From: Balanoglossus misakiensis
Taxonomy: Eukaryota; Animalia; Hemichordata
Assembly: GCA_040954595.2 (NCBI GenBank)
Contig: CM082595.2
Location: 6,560,093-6,624,092 of the forward strand
Direction: 5' to 3'
DNA length: 64,000 bases
Within the stretch, counting starts at the first letter, position 1, and each line of letters opens with the position of its first letter. Made by a program: the position numbers and the translations under genes. Positions 38,130-50,000 of the stretch are shown here, piece by piece. The notes below the pieces were generated by a model. That model ran no database searches. It was not told the origin of the DNA and saw only the letters and a list, made by a program, of their open reading frames with translations.

Positions 38130-38750
38130 TGTATGTGTTAAAATTACGTGTTTCGCCGCTGAGGCTAGCTAGTGACCCGGGTCAAATTGGGGAACTAGCC
38201 AATCAGATCTTGAGTCGAATTCCAGCAGTCGCCATCTTGCTTCACAGTCGGCTGCCATGTCCCCAGACTCTCTTCTCGCTTCGATAGCCCGCGCGAAGGA
38301 GTTTGGGTAACCGAGACTACATACTTAGTTGACGGTTGGCCCGATATTTAAATATTTTGGCAGCGGTTACGTAATCACGTGTCGTCAATCTATGATGCCA
38401 TAATTTGAATATGCAAATAGTAAGTTCACTCGTTGCCGTATATCATGAGATCACCAGGAGAGGCCTTCATCATTGTAAGTGACAGCACCGAAGTGACAAT
38501 ACCGCAGTAGTTTTTGTCGCCCCTGCAAGAATCCGAGCGCACCACATCGACAACAGGTATGTACTTCAACAAGGATACTATTGCCAGTTCTTGCACCGTT
38601 AAACTAGCCCCGATCTCCGTGTTGATTTCGCTCTGTTTAATTGTAAGCCCGAAGCTTGCAAGTATGATCGACGGGTTTGGGCGTGGTTCAATGGGTGTGG
38701 TTTTGGCGTATAACGCATTTCTTGTGTGAAATTGGCGGGAATATTTTATT
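38130..38750. other. CpG-rich patch with small inverted-repeat element ends and promoter-type motifs
   Basis: CpG density well above the flanks; ends GAGGCTA (38161-38167) and CGAGACTA (~38312-38319); CCAATCAG, CGCCATCTTG, CACGTG, ATGCAAAT present. Function unresolved. Confidence 0.35.
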
Positions 38751-41700
38751 GCAAAATGGTTAATAAATACTGTTAGCAGTACTCAGGCTATAGGATTCAG
38801 AGAGCGTGCTTTGGATGCGAAAAAAATCGGAAAAAAAAACTTGTGCGTTAAACTTAAAAAGTGCAAACGGTCCCCAATACTAAAAAAACATCCGGAAATT
38901 TGCAGAAAATGTACTTTAAAATATAACACATGTCGTTTCTATCTAAAGTTAATTTAGACCTTTTGAACCTACAGGAAGAATTTGCCCATTTATCGCAAAC
39001 ATTTTACAGTAAGGGAATTACATTTGAGGAACGAATGCATAAAGAGGTTAAATTTAACACGAGACGAGCCCATACACCTTATCGATGTTATTATTTAAAT
39101 CGTTGCTTTAATTATTTCCCAAACATGGTAATCAGCAACTAATATCCAGTGCCAGTCAAGGAACAATAACAACCAATTATATATCTGCAAACAAAGAGCT
39201 TTATTTGACATATGAATTTCTTCGCTGTTTAAAACCAATCGCATGGTTATGCCGGAGAGCGTGGCTAATCAGTTCGCTAATCCCCTGGAAAGAAAAGAAA
39301 AGGCAAATGTCATTATCGTGATGACAGATGTTACAATGGTAAACTCTGATCAAATTTTGATACGCTAAGTTTTCTACACAAGAAATGTAGTCAGTCACTT
39401 AAAGGGGTATGTGCCGTTCATAGCTGACGCTTTATTCGCCCTTCAATGTCCCAAATAAACAGTTCCATGCACGTGACAAACAAAAACGTATGTTAACATA
39501 AATCGCTCGCTTCATTTGTACACATTCAAGCTCGAAATACTTTTAAATCGTAGCCGTATTATAACATTATATATAAATCATACATATTATAATTCATGCT
39601 AATTGAGCTCTCTCACTCCTGATTTGAATAATTACTCAATATAGCTTGTGAGCGCTTGACTGGAGCGTCCTCAAGCGGTGTGTCTTCCAGTCTCACTGAA
39701 CACGTTCTCTCAACAATTTAAACCGCGTATGACAATTTTTCTAACTTTCTTGCCACACGTGTTGATAACAATTATTAATACAAGGTGCTGATTTCTTTAA
39801 CTAGAGAAGGCAAATTTCTCACCCGAACAAGCTTTATCAACGGACATTTTGAGAGCTATCAACGGATCATAGTGAAGTTCACAATCAGTGTCTTCGCCCA
39901 TAGCACAATCCAGCATACTCTGTGAAACGAAGGGTTATAATAAATGTGTGATTTGTTTATAAAAGAAAACAATTATAAAGCTGTACAGTGACTACTTGCA
40001 TTGTGCTAAAGACTTTATTCTGTTAGTTGATAAAGCTAGTATATACAAGGTAAATATACATCGCCATCGCTTATTGTGAGATCTCGTGAGACTTGTTTAA
40101 CTATCGTAGCAATTATGGATACTTGCCAACAAAGTAAAAAAAATAATACAAGTCAGGTTTTGTATGAAACTGGGATTATGTGACAATCTTTGCGCGTATT
40201 TATTCTAGTTTTTTTTTATAAATAGATAATTTTCCGTCCATTGCACCTCGCAAGCCGTTTGGAACATAGTCTGGTCATTCCCCTTACCTTGTAATAGTCA
40301 CAACTGCCCTTTTCGAATAATTCTTTGTCGTCGCATTGCTGTAATATCATAACTGATTCCAGTCGTTCACACTACAACAACAAACGTGCGATAATTTGCC
40401 ATTTGTGATGAGGCCAAACTAGTCATCAGGTCACTTTCAGAATTGTAACATCTAACACAGTACGGTTCTTTATTACGAAGTTATTATACAGTGCTCTCTC
40501 TTAACTTAGGGGTCACTGCGCAAACTATGGAAGGACAGAGCAAATTTATGTCCAACTGTCTCAAATTTGAAATTCAAAATGGCCCCTTGTTAAGTCTATG
40601 GTGAAAATTTAAAATGGCGATTTTTCAAAAAACAAAACACATGAACACGTTGTTTTTTTCTTTATTTCCAAAAAGAATCTCCATATTCTATAATACAACA
40701 GAATCGAAAATTTTGAGGACAATTATTGTTCTAACTTTGTCCCTGAGGTGTAGACTAACTTAAATGCAATGATGCGTCTTTGATAATCATTTATGTTTGC
40801 TAGTTTGGAGTGATACATATTGTCTTAATCAGATTGATTATAAAATTCTAATTGTTAAAGATCAATTAACACACACTGACCTGTCGTTTAGCACCCACGG
40901 TTGCCAACAAGGCAAAGGAAACCGCTATGATCACCAACAGTGTCTTCATGATAAACTCTGTTGAATCATGGGAAGAGATAAATATTGACGTGTAAGTCCA
41001 TAATCTCTAGAGTCTGTTTTTTGGCAATCTAGCTGTTGTTGTTTATTGTCAATCGTCTCCATAAATATTCGGGTTTTCATCAGGTACTTGCGGCAAACTA
41101 GCTTAATAGTTTATACATACGTACACACAATAACATATTTTAACTCATAATCAAATAAATTATGTTTCAAATCCTTTCGAGTTTTGTGAGAAATCCGTTG
41201 GGTTTCCAGGCTACTAAATAAATAGCTAGGATTAGGTAGTTTGTTAGTACTCTTTTAGAAAGACTAAATTAACCAAATTATATTTACAATTAAACAATAA
41301 TTAATTAAACAATAATTAATTTCAAAATATTTGTTGCTCAAGATCGTTGCAATGAATGATGCCAGTAGACAGAGGCTAGCGTGCAAAGCAAACCGATTAA
41401 ACAATACAACAATATCACACACCATGCGGAAACATAAAGACAAAAACTGCAGTGGACTGGAGTGAAAAAAATAAACAGCGGAATTTCGGAAAAGTGACAT
41501 GAAATAAAACAGTGAGATGTAATACATGTATTACTTATAATATTTACACAACGTACCTTATTTCTCCTCGTGGCCAATATACGCCAGTCTCTGCTGTTCT
41601 GTTGCTTCTTCTAACCAAAACTACATGTAGCGATACGTGGCCGTACTTATGCTATATAACAAGGGGTTTGAGTAATAAATAAATAAATTATATTTAGACT

Positions 41701-41849
41701 TTGAATTCAGACGTATTCAATCATTTTCTTCGGTAGCCTACAACCCCGGGAACGCAACAACGTTTGTTTTACTTGATGCACGCGCCATATTGCTTACATG
41801 TATTTTTGTTTTCTAACTGGCAATATGGATACATGTACACCCCTTTCCT

Positions 41850-42420
41850 ATGTAAAAAAGCTCAAATTGTGGTAAAATTTGCGTTTTGTTGTTTTGGTAA
41901 AAACATCTTATTCTTTAAAACCGCTTTTTTAAATTTTTTTTTAATTTAATGTTAAGGTTTTAAGAAGTAAAGTTTGTTCAACTTGTGGTGAAATTTGCAT
42001 ATTTGTACTTTACCGGGTAGTTTTTTGCCGTTTAGGTTTTGAAATAATGTTCCGTAGAAATTGAATTTAGGATCGATTCTTTTTGTTTTTGTTTTTAAAA
42101 AAATCTTCATTAAAACCGCTTGTCCGATTTTTAAAAATACGGTTGAAGGTTCCTTTGGGAGTCATTTGTTCATCTTGCGGTTAAATTTGTATATTTGTAC
42201 TTTTGGTAATTTTATTACTGTTTTTAGTTTAGAAATTTGCATATTCGTACTTTTTGTTCTCTTGTTATTTTTGGTTCAGAAAACATTCTCTGAAACTACT
42301 TGTTCCATTGCAATTCCGTTGCAATAAAATGCACATGTATTCAAATTTTGTACCAGATCACTAGCTGGACCTGTCTCAGCGTTTAAGTCGGTTGTGCAAC
42401 TGCGGTGAAATTTATTGTCT
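41850..42420. repeat. Decayed tandem repeat
   Basis: Recurrent TTG(T/C)GGT(A/G/T)AAATTTG..TATTTGTACTTT and TTAAAACCGCTT segments near 41865, 41980, 42110, 42175, 42235 and 42400. Confidence 0.55.
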
Positions 42421-42633
42421 GCATGCTGACCGAAAAACGGGTCGCAGAAACCTATAATTCACTGGTTTAGTAGTGTCGTTTTTTTCTATTTTAATATGAC
42501 ACCTTTTCTAAGCTGCTGGTAGTGTGGAAGGCGAGTTTATATTATAGTAAATTTGTCCAGCAAAATGCTTGTTAGGCTTTTAATGGAAGGTTATGTCACA
42601 ATGTATACTTCTCAGTTGTTGGACAATATTGAA

Positions 42634-42735
42634 AGGTACGCGGTCACGGGAGATGCAAAATTAGCCACAGTTACCATGGAAACTTGAGAGCTAGCCATTG
42701 TGGATATATCTAACCAATCGTCGCTCTTTTTCATT
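42634..42735. mobile_element. Degenerate partial relative of MITE family B
   Basis: AGGTACGCGGTCAC...AAATTAGCCACAGTTACCATGGAAACTTGAG resembles the left end of copies 2 and 3; no right TIR seen. Confidence 0.5.
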
Positions 42736-44054
42736 ACTTATAGGATGAAATAGTAGACATAACAGACAAGCATATGCAGTCTTCATCATCCATTCTCCGC
42801 GTGGAATATCAACAGGAAGAGAACAATGCGCAGACCAGTGAAGGAATTCTAGTGATATTCGTAAACCCGGAAAACCACATTCTACATCAAGATGGGTGTA
42901 TGCTGCAACCCGAAGATTCCTTCTTTGGAAGAAGACACAAGTTTCTGCTTGGAAGACCCTAAGAGAGAACGCGAGTTCTGAAAACTTTATTTTATCTCAC
43001 ACAATGGCTCAACAAAGATACCAAAAGATTCAGAGAGCGCTTATTGCGAATGCAAAATGTTACTGCTCCATCGTTTTCTATGAATTTTTGACTCCTGGTA
43101 TTTTTTAAAATTTTCAAAACACGTCATCTCTCTTAATCTTACGGTAAACAAGTTTGGCAAAAAACTGGGAACTGACTAGGAACAGAAATTTGACACATGC
43201 ATTCATGCATAATAGTCACAACACTTACATCAGTTGCAATCAATAGTTCAAGCATAATATTTTCATTTCTGCAATTATTAATTTACAAAAGATATGTGAT
43301 ATAAAAACTAATTTTAATAGTCTTTAAAGTACATGACTAAGGAATTCCGATGTTCCTATATAAAATCAGAAGTACACAAAAATAATACTTTGAATCCAAA
43401 CATAAACTCAGAAAATGTATTTATAGTCAAAATCAGTGATTCCAACAAAAGTTCTCTTTTTTTTACTTACAGTTACAATAAATTATTATGTTGGCAAACA
43501 TTTGTATTTGCTGTCATTTTCATCTGATAACAAATATAGTGAAAATTTTTGTTCTGTTGAGACCAATGGTTTATAGGAAATGGATCATGCAAAGTAAAAT
43601 GTCTAATTGTTGATCTATACACTTTTACGCCCAACAAAATTTTATCACCTGACACTAAAATATTGCACTTCAGTTAGTCCAATCGACACATTTTGTTTTG
43701 CAGATACTTGGACGTAGTTTACATTCATCAAAGATTAATTCAAACTCTTTCGGGCACTGGAAGGCTGAAAGAAAGGAGTAATACCCGGCGATTGGTTAAG
43801 AAGACGCTCAACAACATGAAATACAACAACGATGATTATTACCACTTGCGATCAACAGAAGCAAATGTTTTTCAAATTAATTTTCACCAAACAATTATGT
43901 GGCACAATGTGCACGGACCCAATAACAATGAACATTGACTAAATAAAATACTCTGAATCAATTAATAAAATATAAATAAAAACGTCCCTCTGACGTCAAT
44001 ACAGCATGTGCAAAAGCAGCAATTATTAGATCCATATGCATATGCTGCACATGT

Positions 44055-47000
44055 TGATTTTCATGAGCTATAACCCATGATTTTTTTTTTTCAAAAATCG
44101 ACGAAATTTTGACATTTCGCAAAGTCGAAAAATCGTCATTATTTGATGATTTGATGATTTTCATGAGCTATAACCCATGATTTTTTTCAAAAATCGACGA
44201 AATTTTGACATTTCGCAAAGTCGAAAAATTGTCATTATTTGATGATTTTCATGAGCTATGACTCATGATTTTTTTCAAAAATTGACGAAATTTTTATATT
44301 TCGCAAAGTCTAAAAATTGTCATTTTTGATGATTTTCATGAGCTATAACCCATGATTTTTTTTCAAAAATCGACGTAATTTTTACATTTCGCAAAGTCGA
44401 AAAATTGCCATTTTTTGATGATTTCCATGATTTTTTTTCGAAAATCGACGTAATTTTGACATTTCGCAGAGTCGAAAAGTTGTCATTTTTTGATGATTCT
44501 CATGAGCTATAACCCATGATTTTTTACGGAAACCGACGAAATTTTGACATTTCGCAAAGTCGAAAAATTGTCATTTTTTTATGATTTTCATAAGCTGTAA
44601 CCCATGATTTTTTTCGGAAATCGACGAAATTTTGAAAATTAGCAAAGTCGAAAAATTGTCATTTATTGATGATTTTCATGAGCTATAACCCATGGTTTTT
44701 ATCAAAAAATGACCAAATTTTCAAAATTCGCAAAGTCGAAAAATCGTCGATTTTGGATGATTTTCATGGGCTATAACCCATGGTTTTTATCAAAAAATGA
44801 CCAAATTTTCAAAATTCGCAAAGTCGAAAAATCGTCGATTTTGGATGATTTTCATGGGCTATAACCCATGGTTTTTATCAAAAAATGACCAAATTTTCAA
44901 AATTCGCAAAGTCGAAAAATCGTCGATTTTGGATGATTTTCATGGGCTATAACCCATGGTTTTTATCAAAAAATGACCAAATTTTCAAAATTCGCAAAGT
45001 CGAAAAATCGTCGATTTTGGATGATTTTCATGGGCTATAACCCATGGTTTTTATCAAAAAATGACCAAATTTTCAAAATTCGCAAAGTCGAAAAATCGTC
45101 GATTTTGGATGATTTTCATGGGCTATAACCCATGGTTTTTATCAAAAAATGACCAAATTATCAAAATTCGCAAAGTCGAAAAATCGTCGATTTTGGATGA
45201 TTTTTATGGGCTATAACCCATGGTTTTTATCAAAAAATGACCAAATTTTCAAAATTCGCAAAGTCGAAAAATCGTCGATTTTGGATGATTTTCATGGGCT
45301 ATAACCCATGGTTTTTATCAAAAAATGACCAAATTTTCAAAATTCGCAAAGTCGAAAAATCGTCGATTTTGGATGATTTTCATGGGCTATAACCCATGGT
45401 TTTTATCAAAAAATGACCAAATTTTCAAAATTCGCAAAGTCGAAAAATCGTCGATTTTGGATGATTTTCATGGGCTATAACCCATGGTTTTTATCAAAAA
45501 TGACTTAATTTTCAAAATTCGCAAAGTCGAAAAATCGTCGATTTTGGATGATTTTCATGGTCTATAACCCATGGTTTTTATCAAAAAATGACCAAATTTT
45601 CAAAATTCGCAAAGTCGAAAAATCGTCGATTTTGGATGATTTTCATGGGCTATAACCCATGGTTTTTATCAAAAAATGACCAAATTTTCAAAATTCGCAA
45701 AGACGAAAAATCGTCGATTTTGGATGATTTTCATGGGCTATAACCCATGGTTTTTATCAAAAAATGACCAAATTTTCAAAATTCGCAAAGTCGAAAAATC
45801 GTCGATTTTGGATGATTTTCATGGGCTATAACCCATGGTTTTTATCAAAAAATGACCAAATTTTCAAAATTCGCAAAGTCGAAAAATCGTCGATTTTGGA
45901 TGATTTTCATGGGCTATAACCCATGGTTTTTATCAAAAATGACCTAATTTTCAAAATTCGCAAAGTCGAAAAATCGTCGATTTTGGATGATTTTCATGGG
46001 CTATAACCCATGGTTTTTATCAAAAATGACTTAATTTTCAAAATTCGCAAAGTCGAAAAATCGTCGATTTTGGATGATTTTCATGGTCTATAACCCATGG
46101 TTTTTATCAAAAAATGACCAAATTTTCAAAATTCGCAAAGTCGAAAAATCGTCGATTTTGGATGATTTTCATGGGCTATAACCCATGGTTTTTATCAAAA
46201 AATGACCAAATTTTCAAAATTCGCAAAGTCGAAAAATCGTCGATTTTGGATGATTTTCATGGGCTATAACCAATGGTTTTTATCAAAAATGACCTAATTT
46301 TCAAAATTCGCAAAGTCGAAAAATCGTCGATTTTGGATGATTTTCATGGGCTATAACCCATGGTTTTTATCAAAAAATGACCAAATTTTCAAAATTCGCA
46401 AAGTCGAAAAATCGTTGATTTTGGATGATTTTCATGGGCTATAACCCATGGTTTTTATCAAAAAATGACCAAATTTTCAAAATTCGCAAAGTCGAAAAAT
46501 CGTCGATTTTGGATGATTTTCATGGGCTATAACCCATGGTTTTTATCAAAAAATGACCAAATTTTCAAAATTCGCAAAGTCGAAAAATCGTCGATTTTGG
46601 ATGATTTTCATGGGCTATAACCCATGGTTTTTATCAAAAAATGACCAAATTTTCAAAATTCGCAAAGTGGAAAAATCCACAATTTTGGATGATTTTCATG
46701 GGCTATAACCCATGGTTTTTATCAAAAAATGACCAAATTTTCATAATTCGCAAAGTCGAAAAATCGTCGATTTTGGATGATTTTCATGGGCTATAACCAT
46801 GGTTTTTATCAAAAAATGACCAAATTTTCAAAATTCGCAAAGTCGAAAAATCGTCGATTTTGGATGATTTTCATGGGCTATAACCCATGGTTTTTATCAA
46901 AAAATGACCAAATTTTCAAAATTCGCAAAGTCGAAAAATCGTCGATTTTGGATGATTTTCATGGGCTATAACCCATGGTTTTTATCAAAAAATGACCAAA

Positions 47001-50000
47001 TTTTCAAAATTCGCAAAGTCGCAAAATCGTCGATTTTGGATGATTTTCATGGTCTATAACCCATGTTTTTTTATCAAAAAATGACCAAATTTTCAAAATT
47101 CGCAAAGTCGCAAAATCGTCGATTTTGGATGATTTTCATGGGCTATAACCCATGGTTTTTATCAAAAAATGACCAAATTTTCGTAATTCGCAAAGTCGAA
47201 AAATCGTCGATTTTGGATGATTTTCATGGGCTATAACCCATGGTTTTTATCAAAAAATGACCAAATTTTCATAATTCGCAAAGTCGCCAAATCGTCGATT
47301 TTGGATGATTTTCATGGGCTATAACCCATGGTTTTTATCAAAAAATGACCAAGTTTTCAAAATTCGCAAAGTCACCAAATCGTCGATTTTGGATGATTTT
47401 CATGGGCTATAACCCATGGTTTTTATCAAAAAATGACCAAATTTTCAAAATTCGCAAAGTCGAAAAATCGTCGATTTTGGATGATTTTCATGGGCTATAA
47501 CCCATGGTTTTTATCAAAAAATGACCAAATTTTCATAATTCGCAAAGTCGAAAAATCGTCGATTTTGGATGATTTTCATGGGCTATAACCCATGGTTTTT
47601 ATCAAAAAATGACCAAATTTTCATAATTCGCAAAGTCGAAAAATCGTCGATTTTGGATGATTTTCATGGGCTATAACCCATGGTTTTTATCAAAAAATGA
47701 CCAAATTTTCAAAATTCGCAAAGTCGAAAAATCGTCGATTTTGGATGATTTTCATGGGCTATAACCCATGGTTTTTATCAAAAAATGACCAAATTTTCAA
47801 AATTCGCAAAGTCGAAAAATCGTCGATTTTGGATGATTTTCATGGGCTATAACCCATGGTTTTTATCAAAAAATGACCAAATTTTCAAAATTCGCAAAGT
47901 CGAAAAATCGTCGATTTTGGATGATTTTCATGGGCTATAACCCATGGTTTTTATCAAAAAATGACCAAATTTTCAAAATTCGCAAAGTCGCAAAATCGTC
48001 GATTTTGGATGATTTTCATGGTCTATAACCCATGTTTTTTTTATCAAAAAATGACCAAATTTTCAAAATTCGCAAAGTCGCAAAATCGTCGATTTTGGAT
48101 GATTTTCATGGGCTATAACCCATGGTTTTTATCAAAAAATGACCAAATTTTCGTAATTCGCAAAGTCGAAAAATCGTCGATTTTGGATGATTTTCATGGG
48201 CTATAACCCATGGTTTTTATCAAAAAATGACCAAATTTTCATAATTCGCAAAGTCGCCAAATCGTCGATTTTGGATGATTTTCATGGGCTATAACCCAGG
48301 GTTTTTATCAAAAAATGACCAAATTTTCAAAATTCGCAAAGTCGAAAAATCGTCGATTTTGGATGATTTTCATGGGCTATAACCCATGGTTTTTATCAAA
48401 AAATGACCAAATTTTCAAAATTCGCAAAGTCGAAAAATCGTCGATTTTGGATGATTTTCATGGGCTATAACCCATGGTTTTTATCTAAAAATGACCAAAT
48501 TTTCAAAATTCGCAAAGTCGCAAAATCGTCGATTTTGGATGATTTTCATGGGCTATAACCCATGGTTTTTATCAAAAAATGACAAAATTTTCATAATTCG
48601 CAAAGTCGCAAAATCGTCGATTTTGGATGATTTTCATGGGCTATAACCCATGGTTTTTATCAAAAAATGACCAAGTTTTCAAAATTCGCAAAGTCGAAAA
48701 ATCGACGATTTTGGATGATTTTCATGGGCTATAACCCAGGGTTTTTATCAAAAAATGACCAAGTTTTCAAAATTCGCAAAGTCGAAAAATCGACGATTTT
48801 GGATGATTTTCATGGGCTATAACCCAGGGTTTTTATCAAAAAATGACCAAATTTTCATAACTCGCAAAGTCGAAAAATCGACGATTTTGGATGATTTTCA
48901 TGGGCTATAACCCATGGTTTTTATCAAAAAATGACCAAATTTTCAAAATTCGCAAAGTCGAAAAATCGTCGATTTTGGATGATTTTCATGGGCTATAACC
49001 CATGGTTTTTATCAAAAAATGACCAAGTTTTCAAAATTCGCAAAGTCGAAAAATCGACGATTTTGGATGATTTTCATGGGCTATAACCCAGGGTTTTTAT
49101 CAAAAAATGACCAAATTTTCATAACTCGCAAAGTCGAAAAATCGACGATTTTGGATGATTTTCATGGGCTATAACCCATGGTTTTTATCAAAAAATGACC
49201 AAATTTTCAAAATTCGCAAAGTCGAAAAATCGTCGATTTTGGATGATTTTCATGGGCTATAACCCATGGTTTTTATCAAAAAATGACCAAATTTTCAAAA
49301 TTCGCAAAGTCGAAAAATCGTCGATTTTGGATGATTTTCATGGGCTATAACCCATGGTTTTTATCAAAAAATGACCAAATTTTCAAAATTCGCAAAGTCG
49401 AAAAATCGTCGATTTTGGATGATTTTCATGGGCTATAACCCATGGTTTTTATCAAAAAATGACCAAATTTTCATAATTCGCAAAGTCGAAAAATCCACAA
49501 TTTTGGATGATTTTCATGGGCTATAACCCATGGTTTTTATCAAAAAATGACCAAATTTTCATAATTCGCAAAGTCGAAAAATCGTCGATTTTGGATGATT
49601 TTCATGGGCTATAACCCATGGTTTTTATCAAAAAATGACCAAATTTTCAAAATTCGCAAAGTCGAAAAATCGTCGATTTTGGATGATTTTCATGGGCTAT
49701 AACCCATGGTTTTTATCAAAAAATGACCAAATTTTCAAAATTCGCAAAGTCGAAAAATCGTCGATTTTGGATGATTTTCATGGGCTATAACCCATGGTTT
49801 TTATCAAAAAATGACCAAATTTTCATAATTCGCAAAGTCGAAAAATCCACAATTTTGGATGATTTTCATGGGCTATAACCCATGGTTTTTATCAAAAAAT
49901 GACCAAATTTTCATAATTCGCAAAGTCGAAAAATCGTCGATTTTGGATGATTTTCATGGGCTATAACCCATGGTTTTTATCAAAAAATGACCAAATTTTC

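Noticed and set aside
44726-44742. CENP-B box-like ATTCGCAAAGTCGAAAA
   Set aside because: Spacing between the CG pairs is one base short and the CGGG element of TTCGnnnnAnnCGGG is absent.
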